Shown one piece after another: positions 38,120 through 47,318 of a stretch of 64,000 nucleotides of DNA. The DNA is from Cyclobacteriaceae bacterium (GTDB lineage: Bacteria; Bacteroidota; Bacteroidia; Cytophagales; Cyclobacteriaceae). Under the pieces are notes generated by a model. The model saw only the letters and a list, made by a program, of their open reading frames with translations, was not told the origin of the DNA and did not search any database. Made by a program: the position numbers and the translations under genes. Every line of letters begins with the position of its first letter. Positions within the stretch are counted from its first letter, which is position 1. Location: contig JBGTGG010000143.1 in the NCBI GenBank assembly GCA_041746855.1, forward strand, positions 2,155-66,154, in the 5' to 3' direction.

Positions 38120-41100
38120 TTATTTTTGAACAATAAACCGGACGGATTCCCTTACGCTATTCGTGTTCAACATCAAAACATAAGTACCTGCCGGATGATT
38201 GCTAAGCGGAATTGATTCCGTTTGTTTCCCGGCATTCTTCAACCCTAGTTCTTTTTGAGAAATTGTTTTCCCGGTCATATCCAAAATCTGAAAGCCAACA
38301 TTCGAGGGTTTGGCCAACACATATTCGATGGTGATCTGTTCGGATGCTGGATTAGGAAAAAGTTTAAAGCCATTTGAAAGTTCAGGATTGATGGCAAGTG
38401 GTGCTATTTGAATCGTAACATAATTGATAGCCCAGCCCCAGGCAGTTATTGTGTTATTGGTTTTTAATTGTAGCCTGAAGAGGAGGGTGTCATCTACAGA
38501 AAACCTTTGGCTTAGGTCGTAAGCCGATTCCCGAAAGAGTGTGGTATTGCCTTGTGTACTTGCGTTAAAAGCAGTCAACCATTCATCATGTTTTGAAGCA
38601 TCATACCCAACATTCAAAGGGATCCAGGTAATTCCGTCTTTTGTTGCTTCAATAGTAATCGTGTCTTTGCCGGGTTCTGTTATAGCAAGATCGCTTACAT
38701 ACATCATCGGAAAGGTTGCGTTCACCTTAACGGGATGGCGTAAGATGGTTTGATACGTTGTGTTGTTCAAATAATTATGTGAAGTCTGAATACTTTGTCG
38801 TTCACTTGACCCCGGAAAACTCCGTAAGGTCATATTCTTTAATGTTGCATCATTGGTATTGTCAAAATAGGTAGCATACGAATTTTCAATGCTAAGAATA
38901 TCAAGATGCTCAACCAGATATATTTTTGAAGTAGTGGGAGAGCTTCCACTGTATGATCTAAAAGTAAGATCATAATTGTTTGGTGCTAGGCCACTAATCT
39001 GAAAAATATATTCCCCTGTTGATAAGTTTTTGTTCATTCCGGAGGAGACACCATTAAAAAGTAACTCTAGAGAATCATAAGGTATGTCAAGCGAAACCTT
39101 GGCAACAAACAATTCTTTTGGTGAAGTTCCATGCGTGATGAGTTCAGGCGACTTTAATTCGAGTTGTGGCTGTTCAATGGTAGCAGTCCAGATACCACGA
39201 CCGTGCGTGGCAATCACAACCTGATCATCTTGTGCTTTCATTTCCCACACAGCAACCTTAGGGAAGTCGTCAATCAATAACCAGGATTGTCCGTTGTCCT
39301 GTGATTCAAAAATTCCGATTTCTGTTCCTGCCCAAATGATATCGGTATTATCAGGCCGGACATAAAGAGAGTACACTGCCACATCCGGAAATCCATTTGC
39401 GCTCACATCATTATTTCCGAAACCTGAAATGTCTTCCCATGTTTGTCCAAGATTTGTTGTGCGTAAAATCTTTGGGCTTTTCGCAAAAGAGAAAAGGGCG
39501 TACGCTGTATTTGGCTCCGTGGGATGGGAGGCGATTCTGGAAATGGACCCTAAACCCGGGTAATTTACGGTTTCGCTAAATGTTTTTCCTCCATCTTTTG
39601 AAACATGAAGCTTGCGGGTTCCGCTCATACCGCTTCCTGCCCAAACAATATCGGCATTTGCACGTGAAACCTCTACGTCCATAAATGAAGAAGATCCCCA
39701 AAAACTATTGATAGGGACAAGTGTCCACGATTGTCCAAAATTTTCAGAGCGGTACACTCCTTTTGAGGTTAGTGTGAAAATACGATCCGGATAATTTTTA
39801 GAATTGGCAAGTTTTGAAATGAATGGTGAGGATTCACTTTGACTATTCGGGCCGATTCCCGATGTTGCAGCAATCCAAGTCGTGCCGCCATTTGTTGACC
39901 TTCTGAAATTATTGAATTGTGAACCTCCAATCAGTTTGTTTGGATCAAGGTTGTGCCACAGCACTTCAAAACCATCACCGCCAATTGCAAAAATATAGTT
40001 AGACACGCTCGATGCAGGTGTTCCTAAAGATCGCCAGGTCCCGTTATCTTGTGTGCCACCAAAGTATTGGTCTTCTCCTGGCTTTTTGTCCACCCCATAG
40101 AACTGGCTGGTGTTATAACCAAAACCAACATATTTCCAATCATCTTGAACTGTACCGGGTGTAGTGGAAACCTTTGATTCGTATATACCTCCATCGTTGG
40201 CCAGGAGGATTTTATATGTTTTCTGTGTGGCGTTCATTGGAACAGCCACCATGTTATGTTGATCAGGGTGTACACCTGTTCTTAATGATTGACTGAATTC
40301 ATTCTTTCTATCAAATTCCCCATAAACATCAGCCGAAGTTTTGGCAGTAGCATTCAATAGGGTTACTGCCGAAAAAGTTATCTCAAAACTTGAAGTGGGT
40401 AAATTGCTAGGATTCCAAACACCTCCAGCCGATAAGACAGGCCATAAGAAATACGCTTCGTTAAATTCATGTCCACCAGCACTAGCTATCGATCCGTTTG
40501 GAGTAGCCGGATTGTATTCAATATTACTAACATAAATATATTCGCGACTTTGATCGATGGCTGCAGTTCCTTCAGCTGTATTTGAGAGAATTAAATTGAA
40601 TAATCCATCACGACCCTGATCGCGGAAAGAGGCCATTAATTGTCGGTTGTTGGTAACATCCCAAACTTCAAATGGAACATCCACATAATCCTGATAAGTG
40701 TAATCAGCAGCTGCGACTCCCGAAGTTCTATCCGGAGGTACTAAAAACCGATGTGCTTTTTGAGTTCTTCCTGAACCGAATCGGATTTCAACACTAACGT
40801 TGCCCATTGAACCAACTGCAACTCTTCCATTATAGTGGGATGCATCAAAGTTTACGAGTGAAAGAAAAGAAGCTGTGTTGTTTTCATTGAAGTCATATTT
40901 GGGAACTGTCGTACTTCCTGACCCAAGATTTAATTGGTAAAGGCCAACGCCTCCAAAATAAACGATGTTTTCATTAAAGGGATCACAGAGTATTGTATTG
41001 TCATACCATCCCTGGCCACCAAGAAAATCATTTGCAGCGCCATTGATGGATGTGTTTATCAAGGTCCATGTTAATCCTGCATTGTCAGACATATACAGAT

Positions 41101-42073
41101 CAGATCCTGTTCCTGTAAGTGGACCTTCGACTGAAGCAAATATTCGATCAGGTTTAGCAGGCGACACATCGATTTCAATCCTCGCTTCAGGAAACATTCC
41201 ATCACTCGACATAGTCCAGGAGACGCCACCATCAACTGATTTTAGGACGCCAATTCCATTTCGTGTTGCATACTGAATAGCAAAATTTCCCGGGGTCATT
41301 TTCAAGTCCTGAATGCGGCCGGATTCTGAATAAACTTTTGTCCAGGCGGTACCGCCATTCGTAGTTCTGTAAATCCCATTGTTGGTAGCTACCACCACAA
41401 TATTCGGATCCGTTGGATGCACAATTGCCCTGTTCACATCACTGAAATTGGTTGTTGTGGACAGATGGCTCCAGGTTTGACCTTTGTCTATTGATTTGTA
41501 CATTCCGTTACCAGCTACTCCACCAATATTGCCAAAACCCTCACCTGTACCGAGATAAATAATACTTGAATTACTTGGAGCCATTGCCAGCACTGTAGTT
41601 GCAAGATTTGGCAAGTCGGGTGTTACTTGTAGCCACACAGAACCGGCATTGGTGGTTTTCCATACACCACCGCTTGCTGAACCTACAAACCATGTATTTC
41701 GGGTGGGGTCATCCGGATCTACAAGTATACCGCGTGTCCGTCCGGCAACATTTGCAGGGCCGCGTTCTTTCCATTCCAATACGCCATTCGATTGGGTTCG
41801 AAATACAGCACGAAAATCAGCTGCTTTTACTTTGGCTTTTTGAAGTTCAACAATACTATTTCCTGCCGGATATCCGGGTTCTGAATCCCCTTCTTTGGTT
41901 CGGATGCCTTTGTGGAATAACAAAAATTGTTCGGGGTCATCGTAATGATCTTTTTCTTGTTCTTCGTTCCTAATTTCCAATGACTCTTTCTCTGATTCAG
42001 AATCGAAGTGAATACCGGCTCCAACTGTTGCACAAAATAAAAAAGTAAGCGCAATTATTTTTCGTAATGACAT
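38120..42073 (-). CDS. 1317-aa T9SS-secreted BNR/Asp-box repeat protein (sortilin/VPS10- or GH74-like double beta-propeller) with type-A CTD
   Basis: At least nine Asp-box motifs (S.D.G.TW): SIDKGQTWSHL, TTNGGTAWTKV, SVDGGVSWTM, SDNAGLTWTL, STNGGTTWIA, SENFGQSWTL, SKDGGKTFSE, TTNLGQTWED and SQDNGQSWLL. The C-terminus is FKLFPNPASEQITIEY...ILDMTGKTI...GTYVLMLNTNSVRESVRFIVQK. Confidence 0.85.
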   Translation of the reverse strand: MSLRKIIALTFLFCATVGAGIHFDSESEKESLEIRNEEQEKDHYDDPEQFLLFHKGIRTKEGDSEPGYPAGNSIVELQKAKVKAADFRAVFRTQSNGVLEWKERGPANVAGRTRGILVDPDDPTRNTWFVGSASGGVWKTTNAGSVWLQVTPDLPNLATTVLAMAPSNSSIIYLGTGEGFGNIGGVAGNGMYKSIDKGQTWSHLSTTTNFSDVNRAIVHPTDPNIVVVATNNGIYRTTNGGTAWTKVYSESGRIQDLKMTPGNFAIQYATRNGIGVLKSVDGGVSWTMSSDGMFPEARIEIDVSPAKPDRIFASVEGPLTGTGSDLYMSDNAGLTWTLINTSINGAANDFLGGQGWYDNTILCDPFNENIVYFGGVGLYQLNLGSGSTTVPKYDFNENNTASFLSLVNFDASHYNGRVAVGSMGNVSVEIRFGSGRTQKAHRFLVPPDRTSGVAAADYTYQDYVDVPFEVWDVTNNRQLMASFRDQGRDGLFNLILSNTAEGTAAIDQSREYIYVSNIEYNPATPNGSIASAGGHEFNEAYFLWPVLSAGGVWNPSNLPTSSFEITFSAVTLLNATAKTSADVYGEFDRKNEFSQSLRTGVHPDQHNMVAVPMNATQKTYKILLANDGGIYESKVSTTPGTVQDDWKYVGFGYNTSQFYGVDKKPGEDQYFGGTQDNGTWRSLGTPASSVSNYIFAIGGDGFEVLWHNLDPNKLIGGSQFNNFRRSTNGGTTWIAATSGIGPNSQSESSPFISKLANSKNYPDRIFTLTSKGVYRSENFGQSWTLVPINSFWGSSSFMDVEVSRANADIVWAGSGMSGTRKLHVSKDGGKTFSETVNYPGLGSISRIASHPTEPNTAYALFSFAKSPKILRTTNLGQTWEDISGFGNNDVSANGFPDVAVYSLYVRPDNTDIIWAGTEIGIFESQDNGQSWLLIDDFPKVAVWEMKAQDDQVVIATHGRGIWTATIEQPQLELKSPELITHGTSPKELFVAKVSLDIPYDSLELLFNGVSSGMNKNLSTGEYIFQISGLAPNNYDLTFRSYSGSSPTTSKIYLVEHLDILSIENSYATYFDNTNDATLKNMTLRSFPGSSERQSIQTSHNYLNNTTYQTILRHPVKVNATFPMMYVSDLAITEPGKDTITIEATKDGITWIPLNVGYDASKHDEWLTAFNASTQGNTTLFRESAYDLSQRFSVDDTLLFRLQLKTNNTITAWGWAINYVTIQIAPLAINPELSNGFKLFPNPASEQITIEYVLAKPSNVGFQILDMTGKTISQKELGLKNAGKQTESIPLSNHPAGTYVLMLNTNSVRESVRFIVQK

Positions 42074-42079
42074 CTGCGG

Positions 42080-42463
42080 TTATTTGGTTTGAGTAGGTAT
42101 TGAAATGTATTGGATATAATCTTCCATGCTTTTATTTAATTCAATCATGCCGGGCACGTTCAATAATTCAATTGTGGAGTTGTCCTTCCATTTTACATGT
42201 CCTGGTCTGAATTTTTTCTCAAGTACAATTTTTTGATTGGACACCTCGATTACCAAAAATTTTATAAGTTCTTGATCAGCGGTTTGTTCCTCCACCACTA
42301 ACAAATAAGTTTTCTCATTGTTGTAAGAAGTTGTACTAGGATTCGAGATGGAACGCTGGATTACCGTATCCAATGATGTCGAGTCATTTTTTGGGGTTTT
42401 ACATCCGGAATAGACAAAAGACACTAATACCAGCAGAAAGAGGTACTTTTTGAGAAAAAACAT
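42080..42463 (-). CDS. Small hypothetical lipoprotein
   Basis: Signal peptide with lipobox LVSFVYSGC. I recognise no family. It sits between two minus-strand genes with short spacers of 6 and 22 nt. Confidence 0.5.
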   Translation of the reverse strand: MFFLKKYLFLLVLVSFVYSGCKTPKNDSTSLDTVIQRSISNPSTTSYNNEKTYLLVVEEQTADQELIKFLVIEVSNQKIVLEKKFRPGHVKWKDNSTIELLNVPGMIELNKSMEDYIQYISIPTQTK

Positions 42464-42485
42464 AGGGCAAGTTAAGACAAAAAAA

Positions 42486-43742
42486 TCAGGTCTTTTGCTT
42501 TTTCTTCCGGGCAGCCGGAAACAAAATGTTATTCAGGATTAAGCGATATCCGGGGGAGTTGGGATGTTGGTTTAAGTCAGTCGCCTCTTCACCAACCTGG
42601 TGTTGATAATCTTCCGGATCGTGCCCACCATAGAATGTCCAAAAGCCTTTTCCGAAAACACCGTGCAAGTATTTTGCTTCTTTAATACTTTTGTTTTCAC
42701 CCATGATCACAACATCTGGCTTCACCAGATTTTTTTTAAACCCGGTGGTTTGTCCATAAAAACCTTTGATTACCCGTGTGTGGTTTTGGGTGAGCATGGT
42801 TGGAACGGGATCCCACTTTGCTGAAAATTCGAAAAGGTTAAAATAATCATTGTCTTGTCGCAATCCACGCTCGCGCGGATTATTGTCAATGTTCGAAAAC
42901 TCATATTGGTATGGATCGCGCACAAGTGTGAAATCAGTAAATGCAAATGTTTTAGTATAGTCTAACTTTTGTTGTGCGTTGGGATCAGCGGCATCGCCAT
43001 CGTACATGCGTTCACAAATATCGATTCCTTCGGCTGCCAGTGCTATATCGTATGAGTCAGTAGCAGAACACATGGCAAATAAAAACCCACCTCCGGTTAC
43101 AAACTCATTGATACGTTTGGCAACAGCCAGTTTTAGTTGCGATACTTTATGGAAACCATTTCGTTTAGCGGTTTCTTCTGCCTCGCGTTGTTGCTCAATA
43201 TACCAGGGCATGTGGCTAAAGGAACTATAGAATTTCCCATATTGGCCTGTAAAATCTTCATGGTGCAAATGGAGCCAATCGTACTTGGGTAATTTTCCAG
43301 CCAGCACCTCGTCATCAAAAATCACATCATACGGAATTTCTGCATAGGTGAGTACCAACGTTACGGCATCATCCCAGGGCTGTTTGGATTTTGGAGTATA
43401 CACTGCAATTTTTGGATACTTCTCCAATTTCATAATGTCATAATTGACAGCCGGACTACCGATTTCTGAAATAATTTGGTTGGCGTTGGCATCGGAAATA
43501 ACCTCAAAGCTAACTCCACGAACCACCAGTTCATTTTGAATGGAAGGGTGGTATTTGCACATAAAACTCCCCCCACGGTAATTCAACAGCCAATCTACTT
43601 CAACTTCACTTTTCAAAACCCAATAGGCAATTCCATACGCTTTCAGGTGATTGGTCTGCTTTTCATCCATCGGAATAAAGATGTAATTTGCCAGGGCTCC
43701 TTTGAAAGCAAATAATAGACAAAACAAAAGGACTGTTCTCAT
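42486..43742 (-). CDS. Conserved secreted hypothetical protein (possible class-I glutamine-amidotransferase-like fold; function unknown)
   Basis: Signal peptide MRTVLLFCLLFAFKGALA. The N-terminal block YIFIPMDEKQTNHLKAYGIAYWVL...VDWLLNYRGGSF resembles a protein family I recall being widespread in Bacteroidota. GGGFLFAMCSATDSYDIA resembles a nucleophile-elbow Cys. This is only weakly supported. Confidence 0.45.
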   Translation of the reverse strand: MRTVLLFCLLFAFKGALANYIFIPMDEKQTNHLKAYGIAYWVLKSEVEVDWLLNYRGGSFMCKYHPSIQNELVVRGVSFEVISDANANQIISEIGSPAVNYDIMKLEKYPKIAVYTPKSKQPWDDAVTLVLTYAEIPYDVIFDDEVLAGKLPKYDWLHLHHEDFTGQYGKFYSSFSHMPWYIEQQREAEETAKRNGFHKVSQLKLAVAKRINEFVTGGGFLFAMCSATDSYDIALAAEGIDICERMYDGDAADPNAQQKLDYTKTFAFTDFTLVRDPYQYEFSNIDNNPRERGLRQDNDYFNLFEFSAKWDPVPTMLTQNHTRVIKGFYGQTTGFKKNLVKPDVVIMGENKSIKEAKYLHGVFGKGFWTFYGGHDPEDYQHQVGEEATDLNQHPNSPGYRLILNNILFPAARKKKQKT

Positions 43743-43881
43743 CGTAGTAGTTCCATGGTTACTCCTTCAAAGGTACAACAAAAGGGCTTTTTTTAAGCTT
43801 TGAAATATTTTAATGGTTTGGTGTAACTTTAAGGCTCTTAATTCAACGTATTAGCGTATTACTTTCGTTTCAACTATTTGA

Positions 43882-45114
43882 ATGAATTTACTGGAAAATT
43901 TTAAAGAGGGGTTGCGGTCGGTTCAGGCCAATTTGCTTAGGTCCGTATTGACCGCATTGATTGTTGCCCTCGGCATCATGTCGTTGGTAGGGATGTTGAC
44001 CACTGTTGACGGAATCGAAGCTTCTGTGAAAGAAAGCCTTTCTTCCCTGGGCTTCAACACATTTGATATTTATTCCAAAACGTTCAGGCGGGCAAATGCA
44101 CAGGGCGTAGTTGAAAAATCCTATCCGTTAATAAAACTACAGGAGACACAACGATTTATTGATCTGTATTCTGTTCCTTCTACCATTAGTGTTTCTGCAT
44201 GGGTTTCCGGTGCGGTTGAAGTTAAGCGATTATCCAAAAAGACCAATCCCAATGTCGCGGTAAGAGGGGTCAACTCTGAATACATGACCATCAAAGCATT
44301 GGAGTTTGAACATGGAAGAAATTTCTCCAAACTTGAGATTGATTATGGTACCCCGGTTGTCGTGATTGGCCATACAATTTATACCTCACTTTTTGATGAT
44401 CGACAAGATCCAATCGGTGAGAAGATTAACTTATTAGGTGCTCAATTCAAGGTTATTGGAGTATTAGTAAAAAAGGGGGATTTCTCTGAAGATAACTATG
44501 ATAACTCGGTATATATGCCCATTCGGAAAGGAAACCAAATGGCCGATGGCCGGGCATTACGGTATAGCTTGACCATCGGTGTCGACCGGCCCGAAGAGTT
44601 TGATTATGCGATGGGGGAAGCAACGGGCTTGATGCGCAAAATCAGAAAAGATCAAATGGGCAATCCTAATTCATTTGAAATTGAAAAGAGCGAAACTTTG
44701 GCCGAGAATATGGCAGCCATCACTTCCGGATTACGGATAGCCGGATTTGGCGTTGGGTTTATCACGTTGTTGGGTGCATGTATTGCCTTGATGAATATCA
44801 TGTTGGTTTCGGTAACCGAGCGCACCCGTGAAGTAGGGGTGCGGAAAGCCCTTGGTGCAACCCCATTGCGGATCCGTCAGCAGTTTGTAATTGAAGCCAT
44901 TGTGGTTTGTCTTTTAGGGGGTGTGCTCGGCATTATTTTGGGCATCGGAATTGGCAATCTACTGGCCTCCGTCATTGGTGGGAAATTTGTTATTCCCTGG
45001 ATGTGGATGGGAATTGGGCTAGCGGTTTGCGTTTTTGTTGGATTGATCTCCGGATATTACCCTGCACAAAAAGCCTCGCGTTTAGATCCGATTGATTCAC
45101 TGCGATTTGAGTAA
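43882..45114 (+). CDS. MacB/FtsX-family ABC transporter permease
   Basis: Topology is an N-terminal TM helix ([19 protein letters not shown]), a large periplasmic domain, then three C-terminal TM helices. It carries the FtsX signature [15 protein letters not shown] and the end [19 protein letters not shown]. No adjacent ATPase gene is present. Confidence 0.85.
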   Translation: MNLLENFKEGLRSVQANLLRSVLTALIVALGIMSLVGMLTTVDGIEASVKESLSSLGFNTFDIYSKTFRRANAQGVVEKSYPLIKLQETQRFIDLYSVPSTISVSAWVSGAVEVKRLSKKTNPNVAVRGVNSEYMTIKALEFEHGRNFSKLEIDYGTPVVVIGHTIYTSLFDDRQDPIGEKINLLGAQFKVIGVLVKKGDFSEDNYDNSVYMPIRKGNQMADGRALRYSLTIGVDRPEEFDYAMGEATGLMRKIRKDQMGNPNSFEIEKSETLAENMAAITSGLRIAGFGVGFITLLGACIALMNIMLVSVTERTREVGVRKALGATPLRIRQQFVIEAIVVCLLGGVLGIILGIGIGNLLASVIGGKFVIPWMWMGIGLAVCVFVGLISGYYPAQKASRLDPIDSLRFE

Positions 45115-45196
45115 ATCCTTTTAGGAATCATTCTACCTTGTTTTTTTGAGGAACCAGCATCAACTGGTATCTTGCTCGGGTATTTAACCACCTGAT

Positions 45197-46159
45197 TTGA
45201 AAACACTCGACCACTTACTGGGCATCGATTATCCGCTCATCGTTGCGCCCATGTTCCTGATCTCCAATACCAAGATGGTCAAAGCAGCACTCGACAAAGG
45301 AGTTACTGCTGCATTTCCTGCATTGAACTACCGCTCGGATAAAGAATTACGGGAAGCGATTGCCGATATCCGTTCGTATTCCAATAAGCCTTTTGGTGTC
45401 AATCTGATTGTAAACAAATCCAATCCAAAATATAAAGGACAACTTGAAACGCTGTTGGAGTTGAAAGTTGCATTCATTATTACTTCGTTGGGAAATCCAA
45501 AGGAAGTAATTGAGCGGTGCCATGAAAAGGGAATAAAAGTTTTTTGTGATGTGGTTGATCTGAAATACGCGAAGAAAGTGGAGGAGTTGGGAGCAGACGG
45601 TTTGATCGCGGTAAACGCACAGGCCGGTGGTCATGCAGGTGATATTGAGCCCAAAGAATTGATCACTTTATTAAAAGAAAATTGTAACATACCCATTATC
45701 ACTGCCGGTGGGATTGCCAAAGGAGATGATCTAAAACGTGCCCTGGATTGGGGCGCTGCAGGTGCGTCTGTTGGTACAATATTTATCGCCTGTGAAGAAG
45801 CCGATATAGCACCCGAATACAAACAGGCAATTGTTGAGTATGGCGCGAAAGATATTGTGCGCACCAATAAAATGTCAGGTTCACCATTGACAGTTATCAA
45901 TACACCGTATGTTCAAAGCATTGGGACAAAAGCAAATTTTTTGGAATGGCTGTACAACAACAATCGGTGGTTAAGGAAGTATGTGAAAATGCTGATTGCC
46001 TTGCGGGGAATGAATCAGGTGGAGAAAGCAGCGAAGTCCGCAACGTATAAAACTGTGTGGTGTGCAGGTCCTGCGATCGAACATGTGCATAGCATTTTGC
46101 CAATGCGTACTATTCTTGATAATTTTATAAATCAATTTAAGGAAGCCAAATCAAATTAA
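45197..46159 (+). CDS. Nitronate monooxygenase / NAD(P)H-dependent flavin oxidoreductase (FabK-like TIM barrel)
   Basis: Motifs YPLIVAPMFLISNTKMVKAA...GVTAAFPALNY, AQAGGHAG and PIITAGGIA. The start codon is TTG. Confidence 0.8.
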   Translation: MKTLDHLLGIDYPLIVAPMFLISNTKMVKAALDKGVTAAFPALNYRSDKELREAIADIRSYSNKPFGVNLIVNKSNPKYKGQLETLLELKVAFIITSLGNPKEVIERCHEKGIKVFCDVVDLKYAKKVEELGADGLIAVNAQAGGHAGDIEPKELITLLKENCNIPIITAGGIAKGDDLKRALDWGAAGASVGTIFIACEEADIAPEYKQAIVEYGAKDIVRTNKMSGSPLTVINTPYVQSIGTKANFLEWLYNNNRWLRKYVKMLIALRGMNQVEKAAKSATYKTVWCAGPAIEHVHSILPMRTILDNFINQFKEAKSN

Positions 46160-46162
46160 TCT

Positions 46163-46588
46163 ATGACGTCTATTTCTCCTTTCCATCTTGCTATTCCTGT
46201 TTCCAACCTGGAAGAATGCAGGGTCTTTTATCGGGAAGTCTTAAAATGCAATGAAGGAAGAAGTGATGCCCACTGGGTCGATTTCGATTTCTTCGGCCAT
46301 CAATTGGTGATCCATTACAAACCAGCAGAAGAAAAGAGTGAAGAGCATCACAATGCTGTCGATGGGCACGATGTTCCTGTTCCGCATTTTGGTGTTGTGC
46401 TTCCCTGGCAAACGTGGGAACAACTGTCAAATGATTTGCGTGCAAAAGGAATAAAATTTGTAATCGAGCCATACATCCGTTTTGAAGGGCAGGTTGGTGA
46501 GCAAGGGACCATGTTTTTTTATGATCCTTCCGGAAATGCGCTAGAGTTCAAAGCATTCAAAAACATTGATCAGTTATTTGCAAAATAG
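46163..46588 (+). CDS. VOC (glyoxalase/bleomycin-resistance/dioxygenase) family protein
   Basis: The N-terminus [17 protein letters not shown], the His-containing beta-alpha-beta-beta-beta module and the C-terminus DPSGNALEF are typical of the family. Confidence 0.7.
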   Translation: MTSISPFHLAIPVSNLEECRVFYREVLKCNEGRSDAHWVDFDFFGHQLVIHYKPAEEKSEEHHNAVDGHDVPVPHFGVVLPWQTWEQLSNDLRAKGIKFVIEPYIRFEGQVGEQGTMFFYDPSGNALEFKAFKNIDQLFAK

Positions 46589-46594
46589 GAATGG

Positions 46595-47104
46595 GTGATG
46601 GCCAACAGTCCAATCACATTTAAAACACAAATCGCAAAACTTGAGTACCTGAACACGCGCTATCTGGAAGTGCCAAAAAGGATTGTTACGAAATTGGGCG
46701 GAAAACTTTCGGTGCGTTTGAAATGCACAGTTAACAATACTATAGAATTTCAATGTGGATTGATGGCGCTCGGGGAAGGAAGGGCATACATCAGCATCAA
46801 CGCTACCCGCATGAAGAAATTAAAAGTTCAGGAAGGGGATATCGTTTCGGTTTCGTTGGTGAAAGATGAGAGCAAATACGGAATGGATATTCCTGTGGAG
46901 ATGCTGGAAATTTTCAAACAAGATTCGGAAGCGAAACGCAGGTTTGATAGGCTCACTCCGGGAAAGCAGCGCTACGTTATCTTTTATGTTGCAGGAGTGA
47001 AGAACCCGCAACTTCGCGTTGATCGTGCAATGTTGTTATTAGAAAACCTAAAAAAATTACCGGAAGGAAAAGAGGAATTTAGGGCGATGCTGGGTAAAAA
47101 TTAA
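46595..47104 (+). CDS. DUF1905 / YdeI (OmpD-associated) family protein
   Basis: The pattern ...YLEVPKRIVTKLGGK..VRLKCTVN...FQCGLMALGEGRAYISIN...GD.V.V.L followed by PGKQRYVIFYV...K.P..R..R matches the DUF1905 plus YdeI C-terminal arrangement as I remember it. Confidence 0.65.
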   Translation: MMANSPITFKTQIAKLEYLNTRYLEVPKRIVTKLGGKLSVRLKCTVNNTIEFQCGLMALGEGRAYISINATRMKKLKVQEGDIVSVSLVKDESKYGMDIPVEMLEIFKQDSEAKRRFDRLTPGKQRYVIFYVAGVKNPQLRVDRAMLLLENLKKLPEGKEEFRAMLGKN

Positions 47105-47164
47105 TTTGATGATTTTGAAAATGTGTTGATTTAAGAATATTCAATCATTGTCAGGTCTGAAAGT

Positions 47165-47252
47165 TTGAATCCCAGAGGGATTCAATATTTGTAGCCCCAG
47201 ATGAAATCTGGGGGGTGTATATAAAATCGTAATTGGAACCACAACGTGGTTC
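47165..47252. terminator. Cluster of three short perfect triloop hairpins in a convergent intergenic region (candidate bidirectional terminators or a small structured element)
   Basis: The hairpins are TTGAATCCC-AGA-GGGATTCAA (47165-47185), CCCCAGAT-GAA-ATCTGGGG (47195-47213) and GAACCAC-AAC-GTGGTTC (47236-47252). A fourth, AT-rich one, GATTTGA-N6-TCAAATC, lies at 47290-47309. Confidence 0.35.
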
Positions 47253-47318
47253 AACAGAGAAATCAATTCAAATATTTTCTATGGAACCCGATTTGATAAT
47301 CTTCAAATCAACCCATGA

